Part shown: positions 1 through 8,733 of the stretch, in pieces | How positions within the stretch are numbered: position 1 is the stretch's first letter | How the letters are laid out: each line of letters begins with the position of its first letter | From: Candidatus Phoenicimicrobium oleiphilum | Lineage (GTDB): Bacteria; Atribacterota; Phoenicimicrobiia; Phoenicimicrobiales; Phoenicimicrobiaceae | DNA: 23,265 nucleotides | NCBI GenBank assembly: GCA_039638295.1 | Contig: JBDIWJ010000030.1 | Location: forward strand, 1-23,265 | Reading direction: 5' to 3' | Position numbers and translations under genes: made by a program | Notes under the pieces: generated by a model | Database searches by the model: none | The model's input: only the letters and a program-made list of their open reading frames with translations | Told to the model about the DNA's origin: nothing

Positions 1-588
1 ATTGATGATCAAAAATTTGTTGATCGCTTTATTAGGGAGATTAAAAAGGAAGTTGAACGAATAGATAAAATATTTAAGAATCTTTTTTCTTTGGTACGTT
101 CTCCTGTCCATTATTTTGAATATACTAATATTAATATTATAATTGATGAAGTTTTATTTTCTATAAAGGGAATATTCAAAACACATCAAGTTGAAATAAT
201 CAAGAAATTTGAAAAGGATTTGCCAAAAGTAATGGTCGATGTAAATCAAATTAAACAGGTCTTTTTAAATATAATTCTTAATGCTTTATATGCTATGCCT
301 GAAGGTGGAATTTTGAAAGTTTGCACTATTTATGATCACGAAGATAGTTGCCTAAAAATTATATTTAAAGATAGTGGTTGTGGAATTGCACTCGATGTTT
401 TAGTTAAAGTTTTTGAACCATTCTTTACTACTAGAGAGAATGGAGTAGGAATTGGTCTTGCTGTCTCATACAATATTATTCAACAACATGGGGGGTTTAT
501 TCAAGTAGACAGTAAAGAGGGAGAAGGTTCAACCTTTACCATTGTTTTGCCAGTCAATATGGAGGAAGGAAATTGTTTTGAAAAATAA
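1..588 (+). CDS. Sensor histidine kinase (AtoS/NtrB-like), 5'-truncated; end of HisKA plus HATPase_c domain
   Basis: Frame is open from base 1 (IDDQKFVDRFIREIKKEVERIDKIFKNLFSLVR, a HisKA second helix). N-box QVFLNIILNA, G1 DSGCGI, F-box FEPFFTT, G2 GVGIGLAVS, C-terminal GEGSTFTIVLP. Overlaps the downstream response regulator start. Confidence 0.95.
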   Translation: MDDQKFVDRFIREIKKEVERIDKIFKNLFSLVRSPVHYFEYTNINIIIDEVLFSIKGIFKTHQVEIIKKFEKDLPKVMVDVNQIKQVFLNIILNALYAMPEGGILKVCTIYDHEDSCLKIIFKDSGCGIALDVLVKVFEPFFTTRENGVGIGLAVSYNIIQQHGGFIQVDSKEGEGSTFTIVLPVNMEEGNCFEK

Positions 589-1972
589 AATATTAATAAT
601 AGATGATGAACCGAATATAAGATGGACCTTATCTGAACTATTTAGTGGTTCATATGATGTTTTTACTGCAGATGGTTCGGCTAAAATTTTTGATGTGATA
701 ATTCAGGAAGAACCCGATTTGATTTTTTTAGATCTAAGATTAAAAAAAAACGATGGAATGGATATCCTTCGTCAGATTAATAAGAAAAAAGTAGTTACTA
801 CAGTAATTGTTATAACTGCTTACGGCAGTATTGAAACAGCCGTTGAAGCCTTAAAATTAGGTGCTTATGATTATATTACTAAACCTTTTGATATCAATAG
901 AGTTAAACTAATATCCCAAAAGGCTTTAGAGAAAACACGTTTATCCAGAGAGGTAATTCATTTACGCTCTCAATTAGAAGGAAGATATAGTCTTGAAGGT
1001 ATTATTGGAAAAAGCCCTAAAATGCAAAAAATATTTACCGCTATTAAAAAATTGGGTGAAGTTGATTCCACTGTGTTATTGCAAGGTGAAAGCGGGACAG
1101 GCAAAGATATTATCGCTCGTGCCATACATTTCAAGAGTTTTCGGAGGGAAGGTCCCTTCATAGTTGTCAATTGCGCTGCTTTACCCCAATGCTTACTAGA
1201 AAGCGAGTTATTTGGGTATGAGCGGGGGGCTTTTACCGGAGCTGTAGCAAGAAAATTAGGTAAATTTCAACTTGCCAATAAGGGGACTTTATTTTTAGAC
1301 GAGATCAGCACTTTATCTTTAGACACTCAAGCAAAATTACTTAGGGCTGTAGAGAATAAACAGATCGAACCATTAGGTGGAAATAAAAGTATTAAAATAG
1401 ATGTTAGAATTATTGTTGCTTCTAATGATAATTTAGAGAAGTTGGTAGGGCAAGGGGCTTTTAGGGCTGACTTATTTTACAGGCTAAGTATTATACCCAT
1501 TTATTTACCTCCTTTGCGTGATCGAAAAGAAGATATTCCTCTGTTGGCAGATCATTTTTTAAAGGTATTTAATAAAAAATATTCTCAAGTGTCATCAAAA
1601 TCTATTTCCAAAGAATTTTTATCATTATTAATGGAATATTCTTGGCCGGGGAATGTTAGAGAATTGTCAAATGTTATAGAGAGAGCTGTAGTAATGAGTG
1701 AAGGAAGCGTACTGACACCAAAAGATTTACCTTACGACATACGTATCCAACATAAAGGGGAAGGGCTATTTTTATCTAATACTTTATCAGAAGAGAGAAA
1801 AGATTCTTTCAAAGATATTAAAATTTCTCTAATAAGGGATTATGAAATTAAAAGTATAATTAGGGAATTAAAAGAAACAGGCTGGAACAAGAGCAAAGCT
1901 GCCGAAAGGTTAGGGATTTCTAGAAGGTCGCTTCTTTACAAGCTGAAGAAATATAGAATAAAGAAAGAGTAA
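578..1972 (+). CDS. Sigma-54-dependent response regulator (NtrC/AtoC family: REC-AAA+-Fis HTH)
   Basis: REC domain (ILIIDDE, FLDLRL, ITAYG, YITKPF), Walker A GESGTGKD, GAFTGA loop, Walker B TLFLDEI, FRADLFYRL, WPGNVREL, Fis-type HTH WNKSKAAERLGISRRSLLYKLKKY. Start moved from 542 to TTG at 578 because of the GGAGGAAGGA RBS at 561-570. Confidence 0.96.
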   Translation: MKNKILIIDDEPNIRWTLSELFSGSYDVFTADGSAKIFDVIIQEEPDLIFLDLRLKKNDGMDILRQINKKKVVTTVIVITAYGSIETAVEALKLGAYDYITKPFDINRVKLISQKALEKTRLSREVIHLRSQLEGRYSLEGIIGKSPKMQKIFTAIKKLGEVDSTVLLQGESGTGKDIIARAIHFKSFRREGPFIVVNCAALPQCLLESELFGYERGAFTGAVARKLGKFQLANKGTLFLDEISTLSLDTQAKLLRAVENKQIEPLGGNKSIKIDVRIIVASNDNLEKLVGQGAFRADLFYRLSIIPIYLPPLRDRKEDIPLLADHFLKVFNKKYSQVSSKSISKEFLSLLMEYSWPGNVRELSNVIERAVVMSEGSVLTPKDLPYDIRIQHKGEGLFLSNTLSEERKDSFKDIKISLIRDYEIKSIIRELKETGWNKSKAAERLGISRRSLLYKLKKYRIKKE

Positions 1973-1973
1973 T

Positions 1974-2012
1974 TATATACATTCTTTCACATTATGTGAA
2001 ATATATTGCGCA
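1974..2012. promoter_or_regulatory. Putative upstream activator (enhancer) sites for the sigma-54 activator
   Basis: Perfect inverted repeat TTTCACAT-T-ATGTGAAA (1985-2001). It can also be read as two tandem 18-bp sites ending in TTTCACA (1991) and TTGCGCA (2012), 21 bp apart; the second (TGTGAAATATATTGCGCA) is a 14/18 palindrome. Lies about 110-145 bp upstream of the -24 element. Confidence 0.65.
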
Positions 2013-2056
2013 TTAATTAGCAATTTTTATTAGTAAATCTTTGAAAAAGTGTTATT

Positions 2057-2099
2057 AAGAAAAGCCGTATTTACTTTGTAAATATGGCTTTTCTTTTTT
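2057..2099 (+). terminator. Rho-independent terminator of the two-component operon
   Basis: AAGAAAAGCCGTATTTAC-TTT-GTAAATATGGCTTTTCTT: an 18-bp stem with one G-U pair, running into a T-tract. Confidence 0.75.
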
Positions 2100-2118
2100 G
2101 TTTAATGAAATATATATT

Positions 2119-2135
2119 TTGGCACAAAAATTGCT
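2119..2135 (+). promoter_or_regulatory. Sigma-54 (-24/-12) promoter
   Basis: TTGGCACAAAAATTGCT matches TGGCAC-N5-TTGC, with GG at 2121-2122 and GC at 2133-2134 exactly 10 nt apart. It is adjacent to a GAFTGA-containing activator gene and about 120 bp upstream of the CoA-transferase start. Confidence 0.92.
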
Positions 2136-2252
2136 TAAAATCATTAAGTAGAATATTTGTCTAAATAAAAAATATTTATCAGCTGTTATTAAAAAGTTTT
2201 TATTTAGGTAGTAGTTTTATTATTTTTTTACAAATAAGAAAAGGAGGTAAGT

Positions 2253-3227
2253 ATGGAAACACAAGGAAAGATTTTCACTAAGATTAACCCTGATGTAATG
2301 AGAGACTTTTTTAAAAAAAAGTCAAAAAAGATGGTGAACAAAGTAACAACTGTGGGAAAAGTAGTATCTGAAATGATTCATGACAAAGATTACATTGCAA
2401 TAGGTGGATTTGGTTCTATAAGAATACCAACCGCAGTTCTGCATGAAATTGTAAGGCAAGGGAAGAAAAATCTAGGTTTTTCGGGGCATACTTCAACACA
2501 CGATTGTGAGATTCTTGCTGCTGGTAAGTGCATTAATAGGTGTGATATTTCATATGTAATTGGTCTTGAAGCACTAGGAATTCCCAAGATGACGAGAAAG
2601 TACTTTGAAAACGAAGTGGAATTTACTGAATGGACTAATGCCACAATATCCTGGAGATTTAAGGCAGCTGCTATGGGACTTTCTTTCTTGCCAGTAAGAA
2701 CTATGTTGGGTACTGATACAGGAAAATACAGTGCAGTAAAAGAAATAACTTGCCCGTTTACCGGTAAAAAGTTATTTGCTGTGCCTGCCCTTTACCCAGA
2801 TGTTGCTGTTATTCATGTTCATGAAGCTGATATTTATGGAAATAGCCATATTAAAGGAATTATTGTTTCTGACACAGATCTTGCAAAGGCATCGAAAAGA
2901 TTAATTATTACCACAGAAAAAATCGTTCCAGCAGAGTTTTTTAGAAATAATCCTGAAAATACGACAATCCCCTTTTATTTGGTAGATGCTGTTATAGAAG
3001 TGCCTTATGGAAGCTATCCAGGAAATATGCCTTACGAGTACTTCTTAGATGTGGAACATCTTAGAGCTTGGCTGAATGCAGAGAAAGACCCAGAGACATA
3101 TAAAGAGTTTATAGAGAAAAATATCTATAATTGCAAGAATTTTAATGAATATTTAAACTTGAATGGCGGTCTGGAAAAAATGAGAAAACTAAGAAATATA
3201 GAATATCTAATAGATAAGGAGAACTAA
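2253..3227 (+). CDS. Family I CoA-transferase subunit A (glutaconate CoA-transferase GctA-like)
   Basis: IAIGGFG..RIPTAVLHEIVRQ, EWTNATISWRFKAAAMGLSFLP..TMLGTD, CPFTGKKL.AVPALYPDVAVIHVHEAD.YGN, DAVIEVPYGSYP; AAGGAGG RBS. Confidence 0.92.
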   Translation: METQGKIFTKINPDVMRDFFKKKSKKMVNKVTTVGKVVSEMIHDKDYIAIGGFGSIRIPTAVLHEIVRQGKKNLGFSGHTSTHDCEILAAGKCINRCDISYVIGLEALGIPKMTRKYFENEVEFTEWTNATISWRFKAAAMGLSFLPVRTMLGTDTGKYSAVKEITCPFTGKKLFAVPALYPDVAVIHVHEADIYGNSHIKGIIVSDTDLAKASKRLIITTEKIVPAEFFRNNPENTTIPFYLVDAVIEVPYGSYPGNMPYEYFLDVEHLRAWLNAEKDPETYKEFIEKNIYNCKNFNEYLNLNGGLEKMRKLRNIEYLIDKEN

Positions 3228-3228
3228 G

Positions 3229-4008
3229 ATGGAAGAATACAATTCAATGGAAATTATGATTAGTGTTGCCTCAAGGTTCTTAGAGGATGGTGCTAGTATT
3301 TCCGTGGGGACAGGAGGACCCTGTGCTGCTGCAATGCTTGCCCAAAAACTATATTCTCCGAATCTTTTAATTATCTTTGAAGCAGGAGGAATTGCACCTT
3401 TACTTCGCTCAATGCCAATTTCTGTAGGAGATTCTCGCACAATGTATAAAGCAATTCAAACTACTTCAATGCCAGAAATTATGGAATCACTTCAGAGAGG
3501 GGTAGTAGATTATTGCTTTCTTGGGGGAGCTCAGATTGATATGTATGGGAATTTAAATTCAACAATGATTGGAACAGATTACCAGCATCCCAAGGTAAGA
3601 TTCCCGGGGAGTGGTGGTGCAAACGACTTTGGTTCGCTTGCTTGGAGAACCCTCATTATGACTCCGCAGAGTTCCCGTCGATTTGTGCCAAAAGTAGATT
3701 TTATTACCACGCCTGGCTATCTCACAGGGCCAGGTGCGAGAGAAGAAGCTGGTCTTCCACCGGGAACAGGTCCTTATAAAGTAATTACGAACCTTGCTGT
3801 ACTTGGATACGATGAGGAGACAAGGAGAATGAGGATAGAATCTATACATCCCGGTATCACTGTTGAGGAAGTTCAGAAAAATACAGGTTTTGAGTTAATT
3901 GTTAAAGGAAAAGTTCCTGTGACTGAACCTCCCACAAAAGAGGAGCTCAAGATCCTCCGCGAAGAAGTAGATCCTCTGAGATTAATAATTGGAAGAAAAG
4001 CAGAATAG
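3229..4008 (+). CDS. Family I CoA-transferase subunit B (GctB-like)
   Basis: VGTGGP, catalytic Glu motif IIFEAGG, FLGGAQIDMYGNLNST, RFPGSGGAND, VDFITTPG, SIHPGITVEEVQKNTGF; starts 1 nt after the subunit A stop. Confidence 0.92.
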   Translation: MEEYNSMEIMISVASRFLEDGASISVGTGGPCAAAMLAQKLYSPNLLIIFEAGGIAPLLRSMPISVGDSRTMYKAIQTTSMPEIMESLQRGVVDYCFLGGAQIDMYGNLNSTMIGTDYQHPKVRFPGSGGANDFGSLAWRTLIMTPQSSRRFVPKVDFITTPGYLTGPGAREEAGLPPGTGPYKVITNLAVLGYDEETRRMRIESIHPGITVEEVQKNTGFELIVKGKVPVTEPPTKEELKILREEVDPLRLIIGRKAE

Positions 4009-4018
4009 GAGGAAAAAT

Positions 4019-5254
4019 ATGAAAGAAGTTGATTTAATAAGTGTTGGGATGACTAATTTTGGGAAACACTTTGATAAAACAGGAAGAGACTTACTTATTG
4101 AAGCAGCAAGAGAAGCAATTACCCATGTGGATAAAGGTATAGATATGAAAAGAGATGTAAAAGCTCTTTGTATTGGCTATTTTACTCCAGATTTATTTGA
4201 ACATCAAGGGCATATTGGCGCTTTAAGTGCTGAATGGCTTGGACTCTCAGGGATACCTGCATTCAGAACAGAAAGTGCTTGTGCGTCTTCTTCTGCTGCT
4301 CTTGCTACAGGGTATTTCGCAGTTGCTTCAGGGATGTATGACCTTGTGATGGTTGCTGGAGTAGAAAAGATGACAAATTTAGATACTCCAGGGGTGACTA
4401 ATGCACTTTCCATTGCTGCAGATGATGTGTTTGAACTTACTACCGGCATTACATTTCCTGGCCTTTTTGCATTAATGGCTCAAGAATATTTTGAAAAATA
4501 TAGTGGAAGTTGGGAGGACCTTCAAACTGTTACATTGAAAAATCACCATAATGGTTCTCTTAATTCAAAAGCACAGTTTCAGGCAGAAATTTCTGCTATT
4601 GCTGAAAAGACTGCTATTAAAAAAGGTGTTACCTTTAAGGATGAGATGGATTTCTTAAAATCAAAATATAATCCTTTGGTTGCCTATCCACTGCGTCTTT
4701 TTGATTGCTCTCCAATATCCGATGGTGCTTCTGTTGCATTCCTTACAAGTAGGGAAATCTCAAAGAGATTTACTGATAAACCTCTACATATTATCGGAGT
4801 TGGTCTTGGAACAGATACAATATCACTTTCAGGAAGGCCTGATTTAACTACTTCAAAAGCTACTGAAAATGCTGCAGTTGCAGCTTACAAGATGGCTAGA
4901 ATTACGCCAGAAGATATTGATATAGCAGAGGTACACGACTGCTTCACTATAAACGAGGTAATACTCTCTGAAGACCTTGGATTTTTTAAAAAAGGGGAAG
5001 GTTTGAAAGCAGCACAAGAAGGGAGGACATCTCTTTCTGGTGACAAACCTATTAATACAGATGGAGGTCTTAAAAGCAAAGGGCACCCTGTGGGAGCAAC
5101 AGGTATAGCAATGGTGCACGAAATATGGCTACAGCTTAGAGGAGAAGCAGGTAAAAGACAGGTAAAAGGTAATCCAAAAATTGGGCTTACCTGTAATGTT
5201 GGAGGCTCAAGTGCTAGTGCAATGGTATTTATATTTGAAAGAGGTGAAAAATGA
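4019..5254 (+). CDS. Thiolase, SCP2/archaeal type (acetyl-CoA C-acyltransferase family)
   Basis: Nucleophile motif ESACASS, VAGVEKM, CSPISDGA, EVHDCFT, GHPVGATG, C-terminal NVGG. Start set at ATG 4019 behind AGGAGG (4007-4012), rather than the ORF-track TTG at 3989. Confidence 0.92.
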   Translation: MKEVDLISVGMTNFGKHFDKTGRDLLIEAAREAITHVDKGIDMKRDVKALCIGYFTPDLFEHQGHIGALSAEWLGLSGIPAFRTESACASSSAALATGYFAVASGMYDLVMVAGVEKMTNLDTPGVTNALSIAADDVFELTTGITFPGLFALMAQEYFEKYSGSWEDLQTVTLKNHHNGSLNSKAQFQAEISAIAEKTAIKKGVTFKDEMDFLKSKYNPLVAYPLRLFDCSPISDGASVAFLTSREISKRFTDKPLHIIGVGLGTDTISLSGRPDLTTSKATENAAVAAYKMARITPEDIDIAEVHDCFTINEVILSEDLGFFKKGEGLKAAQEGRTSLSGDKPINTDGGLKSKGHPVGATGIAMVHEIWLQLRGEAGKRQVKGNPKIGLTCNVGGSSASAMVFIFERGEK

Positions 5255-5634
5255 TGCTTACTGTACAGAATTATGTAAATGGTTTAAAAGATAATAAGAT
5301 TTTGGGGACTAAATGCAAAAATTGTGGCAATATAATGATTCCCTTGAAACCTGTTTGTTCCAAATGTGGAAGTTTTGATGTTGAAGAGTTTGAAACAAAA
5401 GGCAAGGGAGTTATAAGGAGTTTTACTGTAATTTATGTGGCACCCGAAAAATTTAAAGATAAAGTTCCTTATGTAGTTGCTATTATTAACCTCGATGAAG
5501 GTGGGGCAATTATGGGTAGATTAACCGGAGTGGACCCAAATAAACCGGAAAATATTAAAGTTGGTACAAAAGTTAAATTTGAGGCTTTGGTAGAAGGTGA
5601 AGAAGTAGTTGTAGTATTTAGAGTTGATAACTAA
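5251..5634 (+). CDS. DUF35-family Zn-ribbon/OB-fold protein (thiolase accessory subunit)
   Basis: CKNCG-x10-CSKCGS zinc ribbon, then an OB fold (GKGVIRSFTVIY, PYVVAIINLDEG, IKVGTKV). ATGA overlap with the thiolase stop. Confidence 0.92.
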   Translation: MMLTVQNYVNGLKDNKILGTKCKNCGNIMIPLKPVCSKCGSFDVEEFETKGKGVIRSFTVIYVAPEKFKDKVPYVVAIINLDEGGAIMGRLTGVDPNKPENIKVGTKVKFEALVEGEEVVVVFRVDN

Positions 5635-5952
5635 ATACAAAATATATTTTAGGAAATTAGCAAGGTAAAATTGTTTTAAGTTACAAAAAAAGAGACTTTT
5701 TAAGATGTAAAATTGTGTTTTGGATTGAAAGTAAATCACGCAGAAGGGGGTGAGAATAAGAAATAAACAAAGTAATCTCTCAGTCTAAAAGTTAACGCAA
5801 GTTCTAATGAATAGCATAGAAAATTAAAAAAAATAAGGTAGGCTTTTAGAGAATTTTAAAATAGAGGAGTTGATACAAAAATAAAGTAGTTATAAGATAA
5901 AGATTTCAGAGTTTTTTAAAAAATACTATTATAAAACTTAGGAGGTAAAAAA

Positions 5953-6726
5953 ATGAGTAAAATTGTATTAATTGATTTAAGCGTGCCAATTGAACACGAT
6001 TCTTCATCTGAGCCGTGGCCAGCAAAGTTTAGCTATTTAGATCATAGAACAGGTGCTGTTGAAATGGGGGGTAAGCTTGGAGTAGCGCAGAAAGATTTTG
6101 TTTTTTCTAATGGCTTAGGTTGGTCGTATGAAGAGATAACTATGATAACCCATTGTGGGACCCATTTAGATGCGCCATGGCATTTTCATCCCATAGCAGA
6201 AGGTAAACTGGCAAAAACAATTGATGAAGTGCCTTTGGAATGGTGTTATTCGGATGGTGTGGTTTTGGATTTACGACATAAGAAACCAAGAGAAGAAATT
6301 TCTGTTGAAGATATAAAAATAGCTTTAGAAAAAATTAATTATACACTTAAACCTTTAGATATTGTTCTTATTATGACTGAGTGTGATAAGAAATTGGGGT
6401 CTCCAGAATATTTTGAGCAACCTGGAATGGGAAGAGAATCTACTTTATGGATACTTAAACATGGAGTAAAGGTAATAGGTGTAGATATGTATGGTTATGA
6501 CAGGGCGTTTAAGGATATGGGCCACGATTATAAGGAAGCTGGAGACGGCAAAAAAATTTGGCCTGCACATTTTGCTGGAATAGAGAAAGAATATTGTCAT
6601 ATTGAAAAATTGGCTAATCTTGATAAAATTCCAATTCCTTTTGGTTTTAAAGTAGCGGTTTTCCCAATAAAACTTATTAAAGCGAGTGCAGCTTGGGTTA
6701 GACCAGTAGCTATTATTGAAGAATAA
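5953..6726 (+). CDS. Cyclase-family metal-dependent hydrolase (kynurenine formamidase KynB-like)
   Basis: DLSVPI start, signature HCGTHLDAPWH (HxGTHxDxPxH), GVKVIGVD, HIEKLANLD, FPIKL..ASAAWVRPVAI; AGGAGG RBS. Confidence 0.9.
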   Translation: MSKIVLIDLSVPIEHDSSSEPWPAKFSYLDHRTGAVEMGGKLGVAQKDFVFSNGLGWSYEEITMITHCGTHLDAPWHFHPIAEGKLAKTIDEVPLEWCYSDGVVLDLRHKKPREEISVEDIKIALEKINYTLKPLDIVLIMTECDKKLGSPEYFEQPGMGRESTLWILKHGVKVIGVDMYGYDRAFKDMGHDYKEAGDGKKIWPAHFAGIEKEYCHIEKLANLDKIPIPFGFKVAVFPIKLIKASAAWVRPVAIIEE

Positions 6727-6755
6727 ATAAAAAAATAAAAAAAGGAGTGATAATT

Positions 6756-8732
6756 ATGTCAGGTATTACTGTTTTTGGAATTTTCTTTGTAATATTTGGG
6801 GTTTTAATGACATTTATAGGATTTGTTACAAAAAAATGGATTGGGAGAAGTAGTGATTTTATAGTTGCAGGTCGTGAAGTAAATTTAATAGTGAATATCC
6901 TTGGGGTTGCTTCCATAGGTTATGCTGGAACTACTTTAGCATTGTCTCCAGCTTTTACTATTATGGGTGGTCTTACTAAAAGTGTCTTTATGTTAGGTGT
7001 TTGCTATGCGTTAGTAGGGATAATTTCTTATGGAATATTTGTAGCCCCAATTGCAAGAAGAAGTGGAGCTCATACACTTCCCGAATGGATGGAAATAAGA
7101 TATGATAACAGGGTTCGTACAATTATCGCTTTAACTGCAATTATGGCAATGATAGGGATTACTGCTAATAACGTTGTATCTATGGCCTACATACTTACTG
7201 GCTTTACTTCGTGGAATTTGCTTTTAACGATTACAATATGCTTTATTATTTTTCTGTCTTTTACGTACCTTGGAGGACTATGGGCAATTACTTTAACAGA
7301 TTTTGTTCAAGGTATTATTTGTGTTTTTGCAGTTCCTTTGTTAATCATAGTTTTGTTAATGAAATATGGAGGTTGGAATTTCGTTGCATCTAATTGGCCT
7401 GGTGGGAATCCTTTACTTTTTGGTATTAGCGGAACCACATTCCCCTGGTTTTCTTTAAGATACCCTAGTGTGTTTGTTGCTTTATTTTTATACGGGATGG
7501 CTCTAGTATGGGGTTCAAACCACTACTGGATAAGATCAAGTTCTGTAAGAAGCGATAGAATTGCAAGAAATTCTTATCTCTGGGCAGCATTAATTCTTTT
7601 TGTTGCAAATGGAATAATTTACCCTATACTTGGTGGTTATGTAGGTGCTGCTTATCCAAGTACATTTGCTCCATTGGGGAAAATTCCACCTGCTGCTAGT
7701 TTTGGAGTTTTTCTTAAGGCTATTTCTCCCGTTTCCGCGGCTTATTTACTTTTAACTACTGTAGCTGCATCTATTTCAACTGCAACCGCAACTCATATTG
7801 CTGGGAGTTCAATGATATTTCGTGATATTTATCAAAGGATATTTAGGCCAAATGCTAAACCAGAAGAAATGGTGACACCATCTCGGGTTATATCTCTAGT
7901 ATTTGGTATTGTTTGTCTTGGATTATGTTTTTTCCCAGGTGGGCCTGTATATCTTTTTGCTTTTGGTTGTGCATGGCTTGCTCCCTCTGCAATAATTGTT
8001 TTTTTAGGTATGTACTGGAAGAGAACTACTAATAAAGGGGCATTTATTGGCGGAATAATTGGAATTTTATTCTTAAGTGTTTGGACAATTCTTGATCTTA
8101 CTAAGCTTTATCCTATGACTGCAAAATTTGGCCATATGGTAATTCCTGGAGTAGTGATTACCTTTGTATTAACAGTTATTGTTAGTCTTTTTGATAAGTC
8201 TAAATATTTTGGAAAGCTGGAAGAAAAAGATAAAATAAAATTAATTGACAAAGATATTAAAGTTTTAGACTGTGTAAGAAAAGGTTATAATACAATGGCT
8301 GAAATTACAGATATATTGGATGTAGATTCTTCAATAAGTAATAAGGTTGTAGGAAAATTGGAAAATGGAGGGTATATAAAAAGATTAGCTAACTGTGGAG
8401 TTGGCTTTTATACCTTTGAATTAACAAGAAAAGGTAAAGAGGTATTTCCTCCTCCCTCTTCTACGAAAGAAGAAAAACTTACCGAAGATAAATTAGACAT
8501 GGTAAGTCTTAAAATATTAAGGTATATCGATACCAATCCAAATTTAGTAGCGAATAAATTAATAGAAATAACTGGTTTAAATCAAATGGCAAATTCTGTA
8601 CTGATTGCTTCATTAATTAGACGGGGGCTTCTTAAAGAAAGTGGAATGTGGAGGAGGATTGTAACAATAACTCAAAAAGGAAAAGAGATGCTTAGGAAAC
8701 ATAGAGAATTGTTGGAGGGAGGAGAAATATAA
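6756..8732 (+). CDS. Sodium:solute symporter (SSS/SLC5) with C-terminal tandem MarR-like winged-helix domains
   Basis: About 13 hydrophobic segments with SSS motifs DFIVAGR, TLPEWMEIRYD, YLGGLWAITLTDFVQG, AASISTA, RDIYQRIFRP, GMYWKRTTNKGA. The last ~165 aa are soluble and carry two wHTH-like repeats. ATG 6756 follows AAGGAG (6742-6747); the ORF-track GTG at 6747 overlaps that RBS. Confidence 0.88.
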   Translation: MSGITVFGIFFVIFGVLMTFIGFVTKKWIGRSSDFIVAGREVNLIVNILGVASIGYAGTTLALSPAFTIMGGLTKSVFMLGVCYALVGIISYGIFVAPIARRSGAHTLPEWMEIRYDNRVRTIIALTAIMAMIGITANNVVSMAYILTGFTSWNLLLTITICFIIFLSFTYLGGLWAITLTDFVQGIICVFAVPLLIIVLLMKYGGWNFVASNWPGGNPLLFGISGTTFPWFSLRYPSVFVALFLYGMALVWGSNHYWIRSSSVRSDRIARNSYLWAALILFVANGIIYPILGGYVGAAYPSTFAPLGKIPPAASFGVFLKAISPVSAAYLLLTTVAASISTATATHIAGSSMIFRDIYQRIFRPNAKPEEMVTPSRVISLVFGIVCLGLCFFPGGPVYLFAFGCAWLAPSAIIVFLGMYWKRTTNKGAFIGGIIGILFLSVWTILDLTKLYPMTAKFGHMVIPGVVITFVLTVIVSLFDKSKYFGKLEEKDKIKLIDKDIKVLDCVRKGYNTMAEITDILDVDSSISNKVVGKLENGGYIKRLANCGVGFYTFELTRKGKEVFPPPSSTKEEKLTEDKLDMVSLKILRYIDTNPNLVANKLIEITGLNQMANSVLIASLIRRGLLKESGMWRRIVTITQKGKEMLRKHRELLEGGEI

Positions 8733-8733
8733 A

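Noticed and set aside
5635..5952. 318-bp AT-rich gap with orphan RBS-like strings (AGGGGGTGA near 5745, GAGGAG near 5864), possibly a decayed gene or sRNA
   Set aside because: No start codon at a suitable distance, the frames I read are stop-rich, and I found no recognisable protein remnant, second -24/-12 box or strong hairpin.
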